From: Heterodontus francisci
Taxonomy: Eukaryota
Direction of reading: 5' to 3'
DNA length: 64,000 nucleotides
Assembly: GCF_036365525.1 (NCBI RefSeq)
Contig: NC_090404.1
Location: 9,362,001 to 9,426,000, forward strand
The notes under the pieces are model-generated. The model had not been told where the DNA came from, made no database searches, and saw nothing but the letters and a program-made list of their open reading frames with translations. The translations under genes and the position numbers were made by a program. Shown in pieces: positions 23,334 through 37,374 of this stretch (the first letter of the stretch is position 1; every line of letters begins with the position of its first letter).

Positions 23334-24884
23334 ATACGAGTGTGTGTGTTTATGTGTTGTGTCTATGTGTGTGTCAGTATACAAAATAAAACATCCTTAA
23401 TGATTGCAAGGTCATTCCACAAAGATATGTAATTATTTCACCAGATTTTTTTCTGCATTTATTGCCTTTTATTCAAACTGTAATTGCATATTGTTTAATA
23501 CCGTGTAACATAAATATAAATATGGGCTCGTGCAATAATAACAGGGAGATGGACTTAAGGTGAAACTAAAAGAAACACGGCTTTATGCAATATTAATTGA
23601 AACAATACTTTGCAAAATAATAGCTATAAGTGCTCATGGTGTAACATTAACAGAAGCAGCGTCAACTTTAACATAGCAGAAACAGGTTCCTATTGAACAC
23701 TGACAGGTTTATAGTAATAATAATGGAGGTGGGAACTAGAATTGGAATAACAGGCAGGTTTTTTCTAATAATAACAGTGACAGGGTATAAGTGTAACAAT
23801 TACAGTGACAGTGCCGAATACAATAAGAATTGAGACAAGGTCCGGAGTAATAACAACAAAAACGCAGCTTCATTTGAGTGTAACAAAGACAGTGTTTGAT
23901 CCAATACTATCAGATGCAGGATGCAGTGTATTACTGAAGACATCACTGGATCCAGTGTGATGATAACACTGTCAGTATCCAGTGCACCAAAACTAAAGTT
24001 TGGGTCTCATATAATAGTGAGTGCGAGTCAGGGCCTACTGATATAGCAAATGCTTTGCCTAATGCCTGACAACAGAGTCAAGGACCAATGCTATCTGAAT
24101 GAGATAGGATTAATGTAATAACACAGGCAGTGTCCAGTGTAGTGGCAACTGGGAACAGATTATGGCAGCATTGAGTAATTGATGACAGTCTCACCCCTGA
24201 ATCTGAAGGTTGTGCGTTTAATCCCCACTCCAGAAACTCGACCATATAATCTAGGTCGATGCTCCCAGTGTCAGTATAAATGCAAGTCTTTCTGTTCCTT
24301 TGCCCACTATTTTATTAGACTCCGAAGGAGTGAGGGGAATGTCAGACAGAGCAATTCTGGACAATTTCTCCATCCAGCGAGGCAGGGGTTCCCAGGACAT
24401 CATTGCAGGTTTAATGTGCTGCCCACACTTTTTTAAAAAATCTCTTCAACCTTGCTTTTGTGAAGGGAGAGATGACTGCAAGGCCCGGGACAGACTGGAA
24501 CTGTGTATCAATAACAGAGGCTGCTTTTACTGTAGGTATTTTTACACTGAGGAAGACGGGAGGTGGGGGGGGGGGGGGGGCGGGGGTGGCTGCAATTAAA
24601 TACCAGATGTCATAGGAAGACAAGGTGCAGGGAAACAATGATGTTTTGAGTCTAGTGCAGGCTTCTGTGTTATGGTGAGTGAAGCAGGGGTTTGTGTGAT
24701 CAAATAAGAGTGGAAACATCATGACAGAGGCACGTGTGACCGACTCCACCTGACTAAGAGCCGATACACAAAAGGCGTTGACCATGAGGATATGACAGAC
24801 TCCAGAGATTTCTGATATCTGAGGTGACAATGGTGGATCTCTCAGAGGAACTGAAAAGAATCTGTTTCTTTCCACCCTTCTGCA

Positions 24885-25350
24885 GCTGTCAGCTGTGCCT
24901 CCGTTGGTAACACTCTCACCTCTGAGTCACAAGATTCTGGATTCAAGACCCACTCCAGGGCTTGAACACAAAAATCAAGGCTGACACTGTAGTACACTAC
25001 TGAGGGAGTGCTGCACTGCTGCAGGTGCCATCTTTCAGATGAGATATTAAACCGAGGCCCTGCCTGCTTGCTCGGGTGGATGTAAAAGATTCCATGGAAC
25101 TATTTGGAAGAAAAGAAAGGGAGCTATCCCTGAGTCATGGCCAATATGCATCCCTTAGTCAACATCACAAAAACAAATGATCTGGTCATTGTCATATTGC
25201 TGTTTGTGGGAGTTTACAAGTGAACAAATTAGTTTCTGTGTTTTCTACATTACAACAGTGACCACACTTCAAAAGTACTTCATTGGCAATAAAGCATTTT
25301 GAGATGTCCGGTGGACGTGGAATGCAGGATATAAAAGCAAGTCTGTCTAT
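24885..25350 (+). mobile_element. Deu-SINE (SacSINE1-like)
   Basis: tRNA-like head followed by a Deu-domain-like tract (gggagtgctgcactg...tgccatctttcagatgagatattaaaccgaggccc). Confidence 0.7.
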
Positions 25351-26599
25351 TCTTTGCAGTCGCTGTGTTACACAGAAACAAAGCGGCTGGATCTTCTGTT
25401 TAAGGCACATTATGACTGAAAACAATTAAACTTCAAACCCTCACCAGAGGAAAATTCAGAGCACTGCAAAACTGAGTGAGCTGTCCAATTAGCCCCATTC
25501 CCCATAAAGCTGCGAATTAGCTTCCTGTCAGGTATTTATCCAATTCCCTTTGAAAGTTACTGTTCAAACTGCTTCCAGAGCCCTTTCAGACTGTGCCTTC
25601 CAGATCACAACGAATCGCTGTGTTAAAACAAAATTCTCCTCATCTCCCCCTCTGGTTCTGTTGCCAAATATCTTAAATCTCTGGTTGCAAACCCTCCTGC
25701 TATTGGAAACAGTTTCTCCCTATCTACTCTATCAAAAATCCTCCCTAATTTTGTACACTTATATTAAGTCTCCCCTTAACCTTCCCTGCTCAAAGGGGGG
25801 CATCCCCTGATTCTCTTTATGTTTTATATCAATAATCCCTCATTATTTTGAACAGCTCTATTCCATAGGAACACACATTTGGAGAAAGATACGAGAGAGA
25901 GAAAAACTGAAACTTTTAAAAAGGCAGAAACACAAGACGGTGAGAGATAAAAGCTGAGAAATAGAGGAAACAAGGAACACACAGAGAGAATGATATAAAC
26001 TGAAAGGGAGCAAACTACCAGCTCCCGGCTTCAAAGAGCAGAGGGAGCTCAGTGACTGATCCACAGACATTGCCAGTTATGTCCTGGAGTGGAGACTCGA
26101 AACAGAAACAGCAGGTTCATTTGTAAATGTCACCACAATGTGATCTGTGTGACTCTGCACCGACTCTGTGGACAGATATAGGCCGCCTTGGCAGATGTTT
26201 CCACCAGATTGTGGCCCCTGGATTTATTTTCTGCTCAGAAGTGAGATGTGCGGTTTGGAAGCGGCAGCAGAGAAACAGGAAGTTGTGTTGCCTGAGAATG
26301 GAATAGCAGCTGTCAGTTTCATGTTATCATCATGAACAGTCCTCCTGCATGTGAGGGTGGATTCACTCTGACAGCATCAAGAACCAGCACACAGAATACT
26401 TCTGGTCTCAACATTGCCTTCACCTCCATTCTCATTTTTAAAAATAAAACAGATGGGTTTATCTGGGTTTTAATGTATTCACTGAAGGGGAAGATGGGCT
26501 GAGGGTTATCAATGGGTGAAATGAGGGGAAATTAACAAAATTAATTTTCCCCAAAGAGAATAATTAGAAAATAGGAGATTTTACATAAGTCAGGGAATG

Positions 26600-29500
26600 T
26601 CTGAGAGAGAGAGAGCGGAGAGAGTTTCAGTGAGTTAGATGCAGCCTGAAAAAGAGGAGAGAGGTTCAGTGAGTTCAGTGGTGTCTGAGAGAGGAGAGAT
26701 GGTCAGTGAGTTCAGTGGTATCTGAGAGAGGAGAGAGGTTCAGTGAGTTCAGTGGTGTCTGAGAGAGGAGAGAGGTTCAGTGAGTTCAGTGGTGTCTGAG
26801 AGAGGAGAGATGGTCAGTGAGTTCAGTGGTATCTGAGAGAGGAGAGAGGTTCAGTGAGTTCAGTGGTGTCTGAGAGAGGAGAGAGGTTCAGTGAATTTGG
26901 TGGTGACTGAGAGAGGAGAGAGGTTCAGTGAATTTGGTGGTGACTGAGAGAGGAGAGAGGTTCAGTGAGTTCAGTGGTGGCTGAGAGAGGAGAGAGGTTC
27001 AGTGAGTTCAGTGGTGTCTGAGAGAGGAGAGAGGTTCAGTGAGTTTGGTGGTGTCTGAGAGAGGAGAGAGGTTCAGTGAGTTTGGTGGTGACTGAGAGAG
27101 GAGAGAGGTTCAGTGAGTTCAGTGGTGTCTGAGAGAGGAGAGAGGTTCAGTGAGTTTGGTGGTGTCTGAGAGAGGAGAGAGGTTCACTGAGTTTGGTGGT
27201 GACTGAGAGAGGAGAGAGGTTCAGTGAATTTGGTGGTGACTGAGAGAGGAGAGAGGTTCAGTGAATTTGGTGGTGACTGAGAGAGGAGAGAGGTTCAGTG
27301 AGTTCAGTGGTGGCTGAGAGAGGAGAGAGGAGAGAGGTTCAGTGAATTTGGTGGTGACTGAGAGAGGAGAGAGGTTCAGTGAGTTCAGTGGTGGCTGAGA
27401 GAGGAGAGAGGAGAGAGGTTCAGTGAGTTCAGTGGTGTCTGAGAGAGGAGAGAGGTTCAGTGAGTTTGGTGCTGTCTGAGAGAGGAGAGAGGTTCAGTGA
27501 GTTTGGCAGTGTCTGAGAGAGCAGAGAGGTTCAATGAGTTTGGTGGTGTCTGAGAGAGAGGTTCAGTGAGCTCAGTGGTGTCTGAGAGAGGAGAGAGGTT
27601 CAGTGAGTTTGGGGGTGCCTGAGAGAGAGGTTCAATGAGTTCAGTGGTGTCTGAGAGAGGAGAGAGGTTCAGTGAGTTTGGGGGTGCCTGAGAGAGAGGT
27701 TCAGCGAGTTCAGTGGTGTCTGAGAGAGGTGAGAGGTTCACTGAGTTCAGTGGTGTCTGAGAGAGGAGAGAGGTTCAGTGAGTTCAGTGGTGTCTGAGGG
27801 AGGAGAGAGATTCAGTGAGTTTGGTGGTGACTGAGAGAGGAGAGAGGTTCAGTGAGTTCAGTGGTGTCTGAGAGAGGAGAGAGGTTCAGTGAGTTCAGTG
27901 GTGTCTGAGAGAGGAGAGAGGTTCAGTGAGTTCAGTGGTGTCTGAGAGAGGAGAGAGGTTCAGTGAGTTCGGTGGTGTCTGAGAGAGGAGAGAGGTTCAG
28001 TGAGTTCAGTGGTGTCTGAGAGAGGAGAGAGGTTCAGTGAGTTTGGTGGTGTCTGAGAGAGGAGAGAGGTTCAGTGAGTTCAGTGGTGTTTGAGAGAGGA
28101 GAGAGGTTCAGTGAGTTCGGTGGTGTTTGAGAGAGGAGAGAGGTTCAGTGAGTTCAGTGGTGTCTGAGAGAGGAGAGCGGTTCAGTGAGTTTGGCTGTGT
28201 CTGAGAGAGGAGAGAGGTTCAGTGAGTTTGGTGGTGTCTGAGAGAGGAGAGAGGTTCAGTGAGTTCAGTGGTGTCTGAGAGAGGAGAGAGATTCAGTGAG
28301 TTCAGTGGTGTCTGAGAGAGGAGAGAGGTTCAGTGAGTTCGGTTGTGTCTGAGAGAGGAGAGAGGTTCAGTGAGTTTGGTGGTGTCTGAGAGAGGAGAGA
28401 GGTTCAGTGAGTTCAGTGGTGTCTGAGAGAGGAGAGAGGTTCAGTGAGTTCAGTGGTGTCTGAGAGAGAGGAGAGAGGTTCAGTGAGTTCAGTGGTGTCT
28501 GAGAGAGGAGAGAGGTTCAGTGAGTTCAGTGGTGTCTGAGAGAGAGGAGAGAGGTTCAGTGAGTTTGGTGGTGTCTGAGAGAGAGGAGAGAGGTTCAGTG
28601 AGTTCAGTGGTGTCTGAGAGAGAGGAGAGAGGTTCAGTGAGTTTGGTGGTGTCTGAGAGAGAGGAGGTTCAGTGGTGTCTGAGAGAGGAGAGAGGTTCAG
28701 TGAGTTCAGTGGTGTCTGAGAGAGAGGAGAGAGGTTCAGTGAGTTTGGTGGTGTCTGAGAGAGAGGAGAGAGGTTCAGTGAGTTCAGTGGTGTCTGAGAG
28801 AGAGGTTAAGTGGTGTCTGAGAGAGGAGAGAGGTTCAGTAAGTTTGGTGGTGTCTGAGAGAGAGGAGAGAGGTTCAGTGGTGTCTGAGAGAGGAGAGAGG
28901 TTCAGTGAGTTTGGTAGTGTCTGAGAGAGAGGAGAGAGGTTCAGTGAGTTCAGTGGTGTCTGAGAGAGAGGTTCAGTGGTGTCTGAGAGAGGAGAGAGGT
29001 TCAGTGAGTTCAGTGGTGTCTGAGAGAGAGGAGAGAGGTTCAGTGAGTTTGGTGGTGTCTGAGAGAGAGGAGAGAGGTTCAGTGAGTTCAGTGGTGTCTG
29101 AGAGAGAGGTTAAGTGGTGTCTGAGAGAGGAGAGAGGTTCAGTAAGTTTGGTGGTGTCTGAGAGAGAGGAGAGAGGTTCAGTGGTGTCTGAGAGAGGAGA
29201 GAGGTTCAGTGAGTTTGGTGGTGTCTGAGAGAGAGGAGAGAGGTTCAGTGAGTTCAGTGGTGTCTGAGAGAGAGGTTCAGTGGTGTCTGAGAGAGGAGAG
29301 AGGTTCAGTGAGTTCAGTGGCGCCTGAGAGAGAGGTTCAGTGAGTTTGGTGGTGTCTGAGAGAGAGGAGAGAGGTTCAGTGAGTTTGGTGGTGTCTGAGA
29401 GAGAGGAGAGAGGTTCAGTGAGTTCAGTGGTGTCTGAGAGAGAGGAGAGAGGTTCAGTGAGTTTGGTGGTGTCTGAGAGAGAGGAGAGAGGTTCAGTGAG

Positions 29501-29940
29501 TTCAGTGGTGTCTGAGAGAGGAGAGAGGTTCAGTGAGTTCAGTGGTGTCTGAGAGAGAGGAGAGAGGTTCAGTGAGTTTGGTGGTGTCTGAGAGAGGAGA
29601 GAGGTTCGTGAGTTTGGTGGTGTCTGAGAGAGAGGAGAGAGGTTCAGTGAGTTCAGTGGTGTCTGAGAGAGAGGAGAGAGGTTCAGTGAGTTCAGTGGTG
29701 TCTGAGAGAGGAGAGAGGTTCAGTGAGTTTGGTGATGTCTGAGAGAGAGGTTCAGTGAGTTCAGTGGTGTCTGTGAGAGAGGAGAGAGGTTCTGTGAGTT
29801 CAGTGGTGACTGAGAGAGTAGAGAGGTTCAGTGAGTTTGGTGATGTCTGAGAGAGAGGTTCAGTGAGTTCAGTGGTGTCTGTGAGAGGGGAGAGAGGTTC
29901 AGTGAGTACAGTCTGAGAGACAGAGAGGTTTCAGTGAGTT
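26600..29940. repeat. ~3.3 kb minisatellite, 37-39 bp unit (gagaggagagaggttcagtgagttcagtggtgtctga)
   Basis: Directly visible tandem array with unit variants and internal higher-order repeats. Confidence 0.97.
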
Positions 29941-30176
29941 AAGTGACAAACCTGCTTGCCTTGGTAATGCAATGGTCAGTGTGAGATCGCTTTCTCAAGA
30001 AGAGCACACAACCGAATGGGTTGTGAATAATTGTGACTGTTCTTTAAACAATTTGCAATGTTATTACATTTTGAATAAATTGGATTTGAATAAAATGCTG
30101 AAAAACACTTATTGGACATCATTAGCTTGGTGTAATGTATTGCAAGCATTTAGAATTAGGTATTCTTGGCAAGCTG

Positions 30177-30360
30177 TCTCTGTTTTATTACACTGGACCC
30201 AGCCTCTGTTTATATTACACTGGACCCTGCCTCTGTTCATATTACACTGGACCCAGCCTCTGTTCATATTACACTGGACCCTGCCTCTGTTTATATTACA
30301 CTGGGTCCTGCCTCTGTTTATATTACACTGGGTCCTGCCTCTGTTCATATTACACTAGAC
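30177..30360. repeat. 30-bp tandem repeat
   Basis: About 6 copies of cctctgtt(t/c)atattacactgg(a/g)(c/t)cc(a/t)g. Confidence 0.9.
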
Positions 30361-32021
30361 TGTTTGGTATCATATTTTGTTTCACAATGCCCTTGTAAAG
30401 CACCTCAGGACGTTTTATTATGCTGATGGTGCTATCTAAAGGCAGGTTGTTGTTGTTTCAGTGATTGGACTCTGCTGTTAATCACATCCAAGACTGAACC
30501 ATGTTCATTCTGAAAGTGGAGTTTGTTTCTACTGATGTCAATAACCCCAACAACTGGGCTGGAGTTTAAATTTTATATTTACCACAATCAGACTTGTGTC
30601 AAACACACACTTGTTCAATCCTTGATTTTTCCAGGAGAGGAGACTAATTGATGTCCTGTTCCCTACTGTTCCATTTTTGGGCCTTTTCTTCTTTCTAACT
30701 CTAGATTATTTCAGTTCTCAAACCTTCAGTTACTCTCATGGACAAGATCCAGCTTCCCATCCCTTCCAGAGTACCTCTCCAACCTTGTGATCCAGGGAAG
30801 GTGTCAGTAACACACCCGGGATCACTAAACAGAAAACCCAGTCTATTGATCACTTTCAGCAACTGGGCTTAGTGTGTGTCCCACAGCATCTCTCTCACCT
30901 TCGATGTGTGAGTAGATCATCACACCTGCAAACCTGGTTTAAATTTAAACTTAAATCTTCTGAGCAAATGTATTTAACAACAGACGAACACCTCAAATAA
31001 CTGGTAAAATATCAGTGAGTTGCTGTGATCTGGAACGCACAGCCTGAAAGGACGGTGCAAGCAGATTCAATAATAACTTTCCAAAGGTAATTGGATAAAT
31101 ATTTAAAAGGAAGAGTTTGCAGGGCTCTGGGGAAAGGCCAGGGGGGTGGGACTAAATGGCAACTCTTTCAAAGATGCTGCAGGCCCTACACTGCTGCTCC
31201 ATATTGACAGGAGACAGTCTGATGTCCAACTCCCCGAGAATAAAGATCCAAACTCTCTAATAAATCAGTTTTATTTCAAACCATTTGCCCCACTTCCCTG
31301 TCCCCGGGGTACAAACACTGTGAGCTGCTGTGCCCTCTAATTATGGACCTGAGACCGCGCTCCCTGTTTAAAGTGCTGTGGCACCGCCTCCCTGCGGTTC
31401 AATCCTCTGCTGCCCCCACACTCACTTCCCTTCTTTCTGGAGATCTAACTGTTGCACCAGCAGTTAACAGGTTCGTGTGAAATCCTCCATCTGCTCTTTT
31501 CACGCAGACTTCAGCCAATTTATTTAAACCAGGTTTTTATTAAATGAATTAACGGCTGCCTAAAAGTGATCATCTCAGGTCTATCACACTAACATGTTCA
31601 AATGTTGTAGAATCATTACGAATCATTTTCAGACTAGAAACTTAAACCTGCCGTTTCACTTTCAGTCAGTAACAGATCACAGTTTTATACCAATCTGCCG
31701 TCAGTGAAGAGAGATGAGAAAGACCAAAGTGCTGTATGTCCCTCTTAGTGTGACCCAGAAGGACTGTGTCCAGGATGAAGTTCTGTTCCTGCCGTATGAT
31801 CCTACCCCCAGATTGTCCTTTCTGAGCTCCAGCCAGGTGATGGTAAACACTCGGGTAGGAAAGTTAAAAACCTACAACACTGTATTTAAAACAAAGCTGA
31901 TTTATTTCACATTCATCCAGAATATTAAACCTCAGCAACAAATCATGACTGTCAAAATGAATATGGTTCAGTTTTGGATGTGATTAACAGCAGTAATAAC
32001 AGCAGAATCCAACCCTTAAAA

Positions 32022-33467
32022 TCAGTTGTGAACTCGCTGGTGTGTTAGCAGGTGGGATGACTGAGTGAATCTTTTCCCACACACAAAGCAGGTGAATGGC
32101 CTCTCCCCAGTGTGAATTCGCTGGTGACTCAGCAGGTTGGATAAATGAGTGAATCCCTTCCCACACATGGAGCAGGTGAACGGCCTCTCCCCAGTGTGAA
32201 TTCGCTGGTGTGTCAGCAGGTTGGATGAATGGATGAATCCCTTCCCACAGACGGAGCAGATGAACGGCCTCTCCCCAGTATGAATTCGCTGGTGATTCAG
32301 CAGGTTGGATGAACGGGTGAATCCCTTCCCACAGATAGAGCAGGTGAACGGCCTCTCCTGAGTGTGAACCAGCTGGTGTGTCAGAAGATTGGATGAACGG
32401 GTGAATCCCTTCCCACACACAGAGCACATGAATGATCTATCCCCCGTGTGCACTTGCTGGTGTTTCAGAAGGCTGGATGAATTCATGAATCCCTTCCCAC
32501 AGTCAGAGCAGGTGAATGGCCTCTCCCCAGTGTGAACTCGCTGGTGAGTCAGTAGGGCAGATGAACGGGTGAATCCCTTCGCACACACAGAGCATGTGAA
32601 AGGTCTCTCCCCAGTGTGCAAATATTGGTGCGTTAGCAAATCCTCTTTTCTTTTAAAGCTCTTCTCACAGTCAGAACAATTAAAAAGTTTGGTGTTAGAG
32701 TGAACAAGTTGATGTGTCAGAAGATGGGATGATTGAGTGAATCCCTTCCCACACACGGAGCAGGTAAATGGTCTCTCCCCAGTGTGAATACGTTGGTGTA
32801 TCAGCAGATCCTTTTTGCATTTAAAACTCTTCTCACAGTCAGAACATGTAAACGGTCTCTTATCAGTGTGAACAAGTTGGTGTGTCACAATGTGGGATGA
32901 CCGAGTAAATCCCTTCCCACACTCAGAGCAGGTGAATGGCCTCTCCCCACTGTGAATTTTCTGGTGTGTCAGAAGGTTATAAGAATGGGTGAATCCCTTC
33001 CCACATACAGAGCAGGTGAACGGCTTCTCCCCGGTGTGACTGCGTTGATGAATTTCCAGCTGGGATGGGTAACTGAAACCCTTCCCGCAATCCCTGCATT
33101 TCCACGGTTTCTCCATGGTGCAGGTGTCTACCTGTGCCACTCCAGGTTGGATATCAGTTGAAGCCTCATCCACACACACGTATGGAGTTTCTCCCTGATG
33201 TGAATGGTACAGTGGTTTTACTGGCTTGTTAAAGCTCATTCCACAGTCAGTGCACTGGAACACTCTCACTTGGGTGTGTGTGTCTCGGTGCTTTTCCAGT
33301 CACACTGATGTTTGAAATTTTTCCCACAGACAGAACAGACAAACATTTCTCCTTCCACATTCAAAGGCCAATGATATTCAGGTCCTGATGAATCGAGGGA
33401 CTGTGTCAAATCTTGATGTGATGTTTGGTTTGAGTTTCCTGTGCACAAATTCTCCCCTTCTAATACC
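32022..33467 (-). CDS. C2H2 zinc-finger protein (13 intact tandem fingers from MEKPWKC at 33116; upstream part frameshifted)
   Basis: Repeated CxxC...HxxxH with TGERPF linkers; acceptor ccttttacag at 33468-33477; no KRAB-like domain seen. Confidence 0.88.
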
Positions 33468-33799
33468 CTGTAAAAGGAGTTTACAAAAGTCATCACTCTG
33501 AGTACAGGATAGAAATTCAGAACAGACAATTCTAGATTTTATGGAACATTTTTCCCTCTCTTGTTCCCCCAAAGTTGTAAATCCCCGTCCCACACACTCT
33601 CCTGCCTCCCTGTGTTGAAATCGAAACCCATCGCAGCATCTGCACCATTTCGTTCCTCCACTGTCAGTTTTCTCCTTCCCTCTACTCTGACTGGGTTCAG
33701 TTCTCCAGTCCGTGTGCAGAGTGAGAATCAAATCAATGAGTCAATGATTTTCTCTCCTGGTCACTGGGACCCTGAAGCTCCGCCCACTCTCTATTGCAT

Positions 33800-34120
33800 C
33801 ACCAAGATGGCCGCGCATGCCCGTGACACCGCCCTGCCCAAGATGGCGGCCAGCGCTCCCGCTCCCTGGCTTGTAACTGCGGAATAAACAAGGGGCCTGT
33901 AGCCTCTTATAGGGGCCTGAGGCCTACCTCAGCTGCCGTCCGGCAGAACACACAGGTGACGTTATCGGACCGTAAAGCCCTTCAGCAACTTTCTAACCCC
34001 AGCGGCGGGCGGTAGGATCACAGTCTCCCTGCAGTTTCTGAATCTCCCGATTCCACTTCCACCTACCTGCTCCAGAATCGCAGATCCAGCTGGTGACGGA
34101 GCAAGCCTCTTCCGCGCCTG
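33800..34120 (-). promoter_or_regulatory. GC-rich ZNF promoter/first-exon module with YY1 and NRF1 motifs
   Basis: CAAGATGGCCGC (33803) and CAAGATGGCGGC (33839); GCGCATGC and GCGCCTGCGCA; donor GAG|GTAGGC near 33926. Confidence 0.6.
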
Positions 34121-34549
34121 CGCACCGGCCTCCTGGAACAATGATCGGGCGGATTCCACCCCGCGGAGCATTCTGGGAAACCACACCTTCCATTGAATGT
34201 CAATAATTGGGGAATTTACTGATACGACTGAGAAGCAGTTGAAGCGAAATTAAAGCAACTGAATGAAAATGTGAGAGCCATTAATATTTTGAATAAGGAG
34301 ACTAAACTGCCGCCCTCCCAGACAACTTTAAATACAAATTTTAATTTGAACGCACGTCAATGATCCTTAAAAGAACAGTACTCTCCCTCCCCGAGGTTGG
34401 CAGTTAAAGGGACTGACAGAATTAAAGGCAGAGTGTCTCTCTGTGATGAGTCAGGCAGTTTGTTAAAACAAAGTGTGCAGAATAAATTCACTCAGTCAAG
34501 CACCAACATTTACACATTGATAAGACCAGCTCGTTCACACTGTCCAAAG

Positions 34550-34830
34550 ATCTTTTAACTGTTCGAAAAATGAGAAGAGCTTAAAAAGCCAAAACAAAAA
34601 ACCAATCTGCAGACAAATTAAACCACTCACTCAAGGGACAGACTGTTCACCTGCTCTGGCTGTGGGAAATAAATTACTCATTTACTACGAGTTCATATGT
34701 GACTACGGGGGTCAGAATCTGCTATTATTGCTTGTGTTAATCTCATCCAGGTTTGAATCGTCTTAATTCTGACAGTTAAGATGTGTTTATGCCGATATTA
34801 ATAACCCTCAACTGGGCTGTAATTCAATAT
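34550..34830 (+). pseudogene. Highly decayed C2H2 ZNF relic
   Basis: Remnants such as tcttttaactgttc...gagaagagctt and gactgttcacctgctctggctgtgggaaa, plus 3' sequence resembling the ZNF 3' flank. Confidence 0.45.
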
Positions 34831-34949
34831 TCTGCATAGCTAATCAAAGGCTGAAGGGTCAGGTAAAAATCCTGTGTATGCCTCCAATTAGTTTATTTTT
34901 ACTTTTGTGAAATACTTCACTCTTCAAAGGACTTCCTTCAAATACTTTT

Positions 34950-35730
34950 TTTGGAAGGTCTAATGTAGGTGGGAAGTATACAGTAAATGGCAGAACCCTT
35001 AGGGGTATTGACAGGCAGAGAGATCTGGGCGTACAGGTCCACAGGTCACTGAAAGTGGCAGCGCAGGTGGATAAGGTAGTCAAGAAGGCATACGGCATGC
35101 TTGCCTTCATCGGTCGGGGCATAGAGTATAAAAATTGGTAAGTCATGCTGCAGCTGTACAGAATTTTAGTTAGGCCACATTTAGAATATTGCGTGCAATT
35201 CTGGTCGCCACACTACCAGAAGGACGTGGAGGCTTTGGAGAGGGTACAGAAGAGGTTTACCAGGATGTTGCCTGATCTGGAGGGCATTAGCTATGAGGAG
35301 AGGTTGGATAAACTCGGATTGTTTTCACTGGAACGACGGAGGTGGAGGGACGACATGATAGAGGTTTACAAAGTTATGAGCGGCATGGACAGAGTGGATA
35401 GTCAGAAGCTTTTTCCCAGGGAGGAAGAGTCAGTTACTAGGGGACATAGGTTTAAGGTGAGAGGGGCAAAGTTTAGAGGGGATGTGCGAGGCAAGTCCTT
35501 TACACAGAGGGTGGTGAGTACCTGGAACTTGCTGCCAGAGGAGGTGGTGGAAGCAGGTACGATAGCGACGTTTAAGAGGCATCTTGACAAACACATGAAT
35601 AGGATGGGAATAGAGGAATACAGTCCCCGGAAGTGCAGAAGGTTTTAGTTTAAGCAGGCATCAAGATCGGCGCAGGCTTGGAGGGCCGAATGGCCTGTTC
35701 CTGTGCTGTACTGTTCTTTGTTCTTTGTAC
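34950..35730 (+). mobile_element. CR1 LINE 3' fragment
   Basis: [24 protein letters not shown]...RGHRFK...FTQRVV and a 3' tail with tgttctt repeats. Confidence 0.9.
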
Positions 35731-36254
35731 TGAAAGCTACCACAAATGGAGCAAAGCTCCGTTAAACAACTGGTCATAAACTGAATTGAAGCTCCTTCCA
35801 GGTGAATCAGTCCTTCTATGTGTCCTTCTTTCAGTTCAGTATTGTGTATTCACTGCTCACAATATGGTCTCCTCTACACTGGGGAGACCAAACGTTGACT
35901 GGCTCACTGCTTTGTGGAAAACGTCCGTTCAGTCTGCAAGAATAACTCTTGAGCTGCTAACCTCCTCCTCCCTTTCACTGGCTCAAAACCTATTACATTT
36001 CTACCTTTTCCTAGTTTTGAAAAAAGCTCACAGACCTGAAATGTTAACTGTTTCTCTCTACATAGTTGCTGCCAGACCTGCTGAGTGTTTCCAGAATTTT
36101 CTGTTTTTATTTCAGATTTCTAGCACCTGCAGTATTTTTCTTTTGTGTTGAAGGTACAGATTGGGTTTGGTTTATTCTAGGAAAGAACCATTACAGCCTA
36201 GATAGGTCTGCGTCCAGGAGATGGAGGCTGGCCCTCCTTTAAGCTCCTCTGAGA

Positions 36255-36728
36255 CAGCTCAGGATCAGACACTGAACATACTGCACCCCGCACAAATATC
36301 ACAAACTGCCCCGTCCCTGGGGCAGCTCAAGGTCAGACATTGAACACACTGCACCCCACACAAATATCACAAACTGCCCCCTCCTTGGGGCAGTTCAAGG
36401 TCAGACACGGAACATACTGCATCCTACAGGGACATCACAAACTGTCCCCTCCCTGGGGCAAATCAGGGTCAGACACTGAACATACTGCACCCCTCAGTAA
36501 CATCACAAACTGCCCCTTCCCTGGGACAGCTCAAGGTCAGACATTGAACACACTGCACCCCACACAAATATCACAAACTGCCCCCTCCTTGGGGCAGTTC
36601 AAGGTCAGACACGGAACATACTGCATCCTACAGGGACATCACAAACTGTCCCCTCCCTGGGGCAAATCAGGGTCAGACACTGAACATACTGCACCCCACA
36701 GGGACATCACAAACTGTCCCCTCCCTGG
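36255..36728. repeat. 68-bp tandem repeat with a 204-bp higher-order unit
   Basis: ggtcagaca recurs at 36331, 36399, 36467 and 36535; units three apart are near-identical. Confidence 0.9.
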
Positions 36729-37374
36729 GTTAGTCATTGCTGGAGGGATTGCAGCCAGAATATAGGAACAGGAATAACTATTCAGTCCCCTCGAGCCTGC
36801 TGCACCATTCTATTAGGACATGGCTGATTTGCAGCTAAACTCTATTTTCCTGCCTTTGATCTATTTCCTTTGCTATCTTTACCTACATGAATCTAATGAG
36901 TCACATCTTGACAATTTCCATGGCCCCCGTCATTCAACCTTTTGGGGAGATTGATCCAGATTTCCACCACCTTTTGTGTGAACAGTTTATTCCTGATTTC
37001 ACTCCAAGCTCTGATGTTTAGATTGTGCCTCCTTGTTCTGGATTCCCAGCAGAGGAAATAGTTTCTCTGTATCTCCCCTCACAAGCACCTTTATCATTCT
37101 AAAGACCTCCATTAGATCACCACTGAAACTTTCATACCCAAAGGAATACAAACCAAGTTTCTGCAGCCTGCTGACAGAATTTAACCCCTCCCACCCAGGT
37201 GATTCTGTGCTGGACCATCTCCAACACCGATATATCTTTCCTGTGGTTTGGTAAGTGGTGTGGAGGAAGTGGGTGAATAAACCTGGGGGGAATGGCTCCT
37301 GGGTTCACCCCGGTCTGAAAGTACAGTATAAGCGGCAAAAACTGCAGGAGGAACAGCAAGAGCTGGAAACTCTC

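Noticed and set aside
27457-29742. Repetitive ORFs (SVSSVVSEREERG, LNLSPLSDTTEL)
   Set aside because: Translations of the minisatellite with frequent frame changes; no gene structure.
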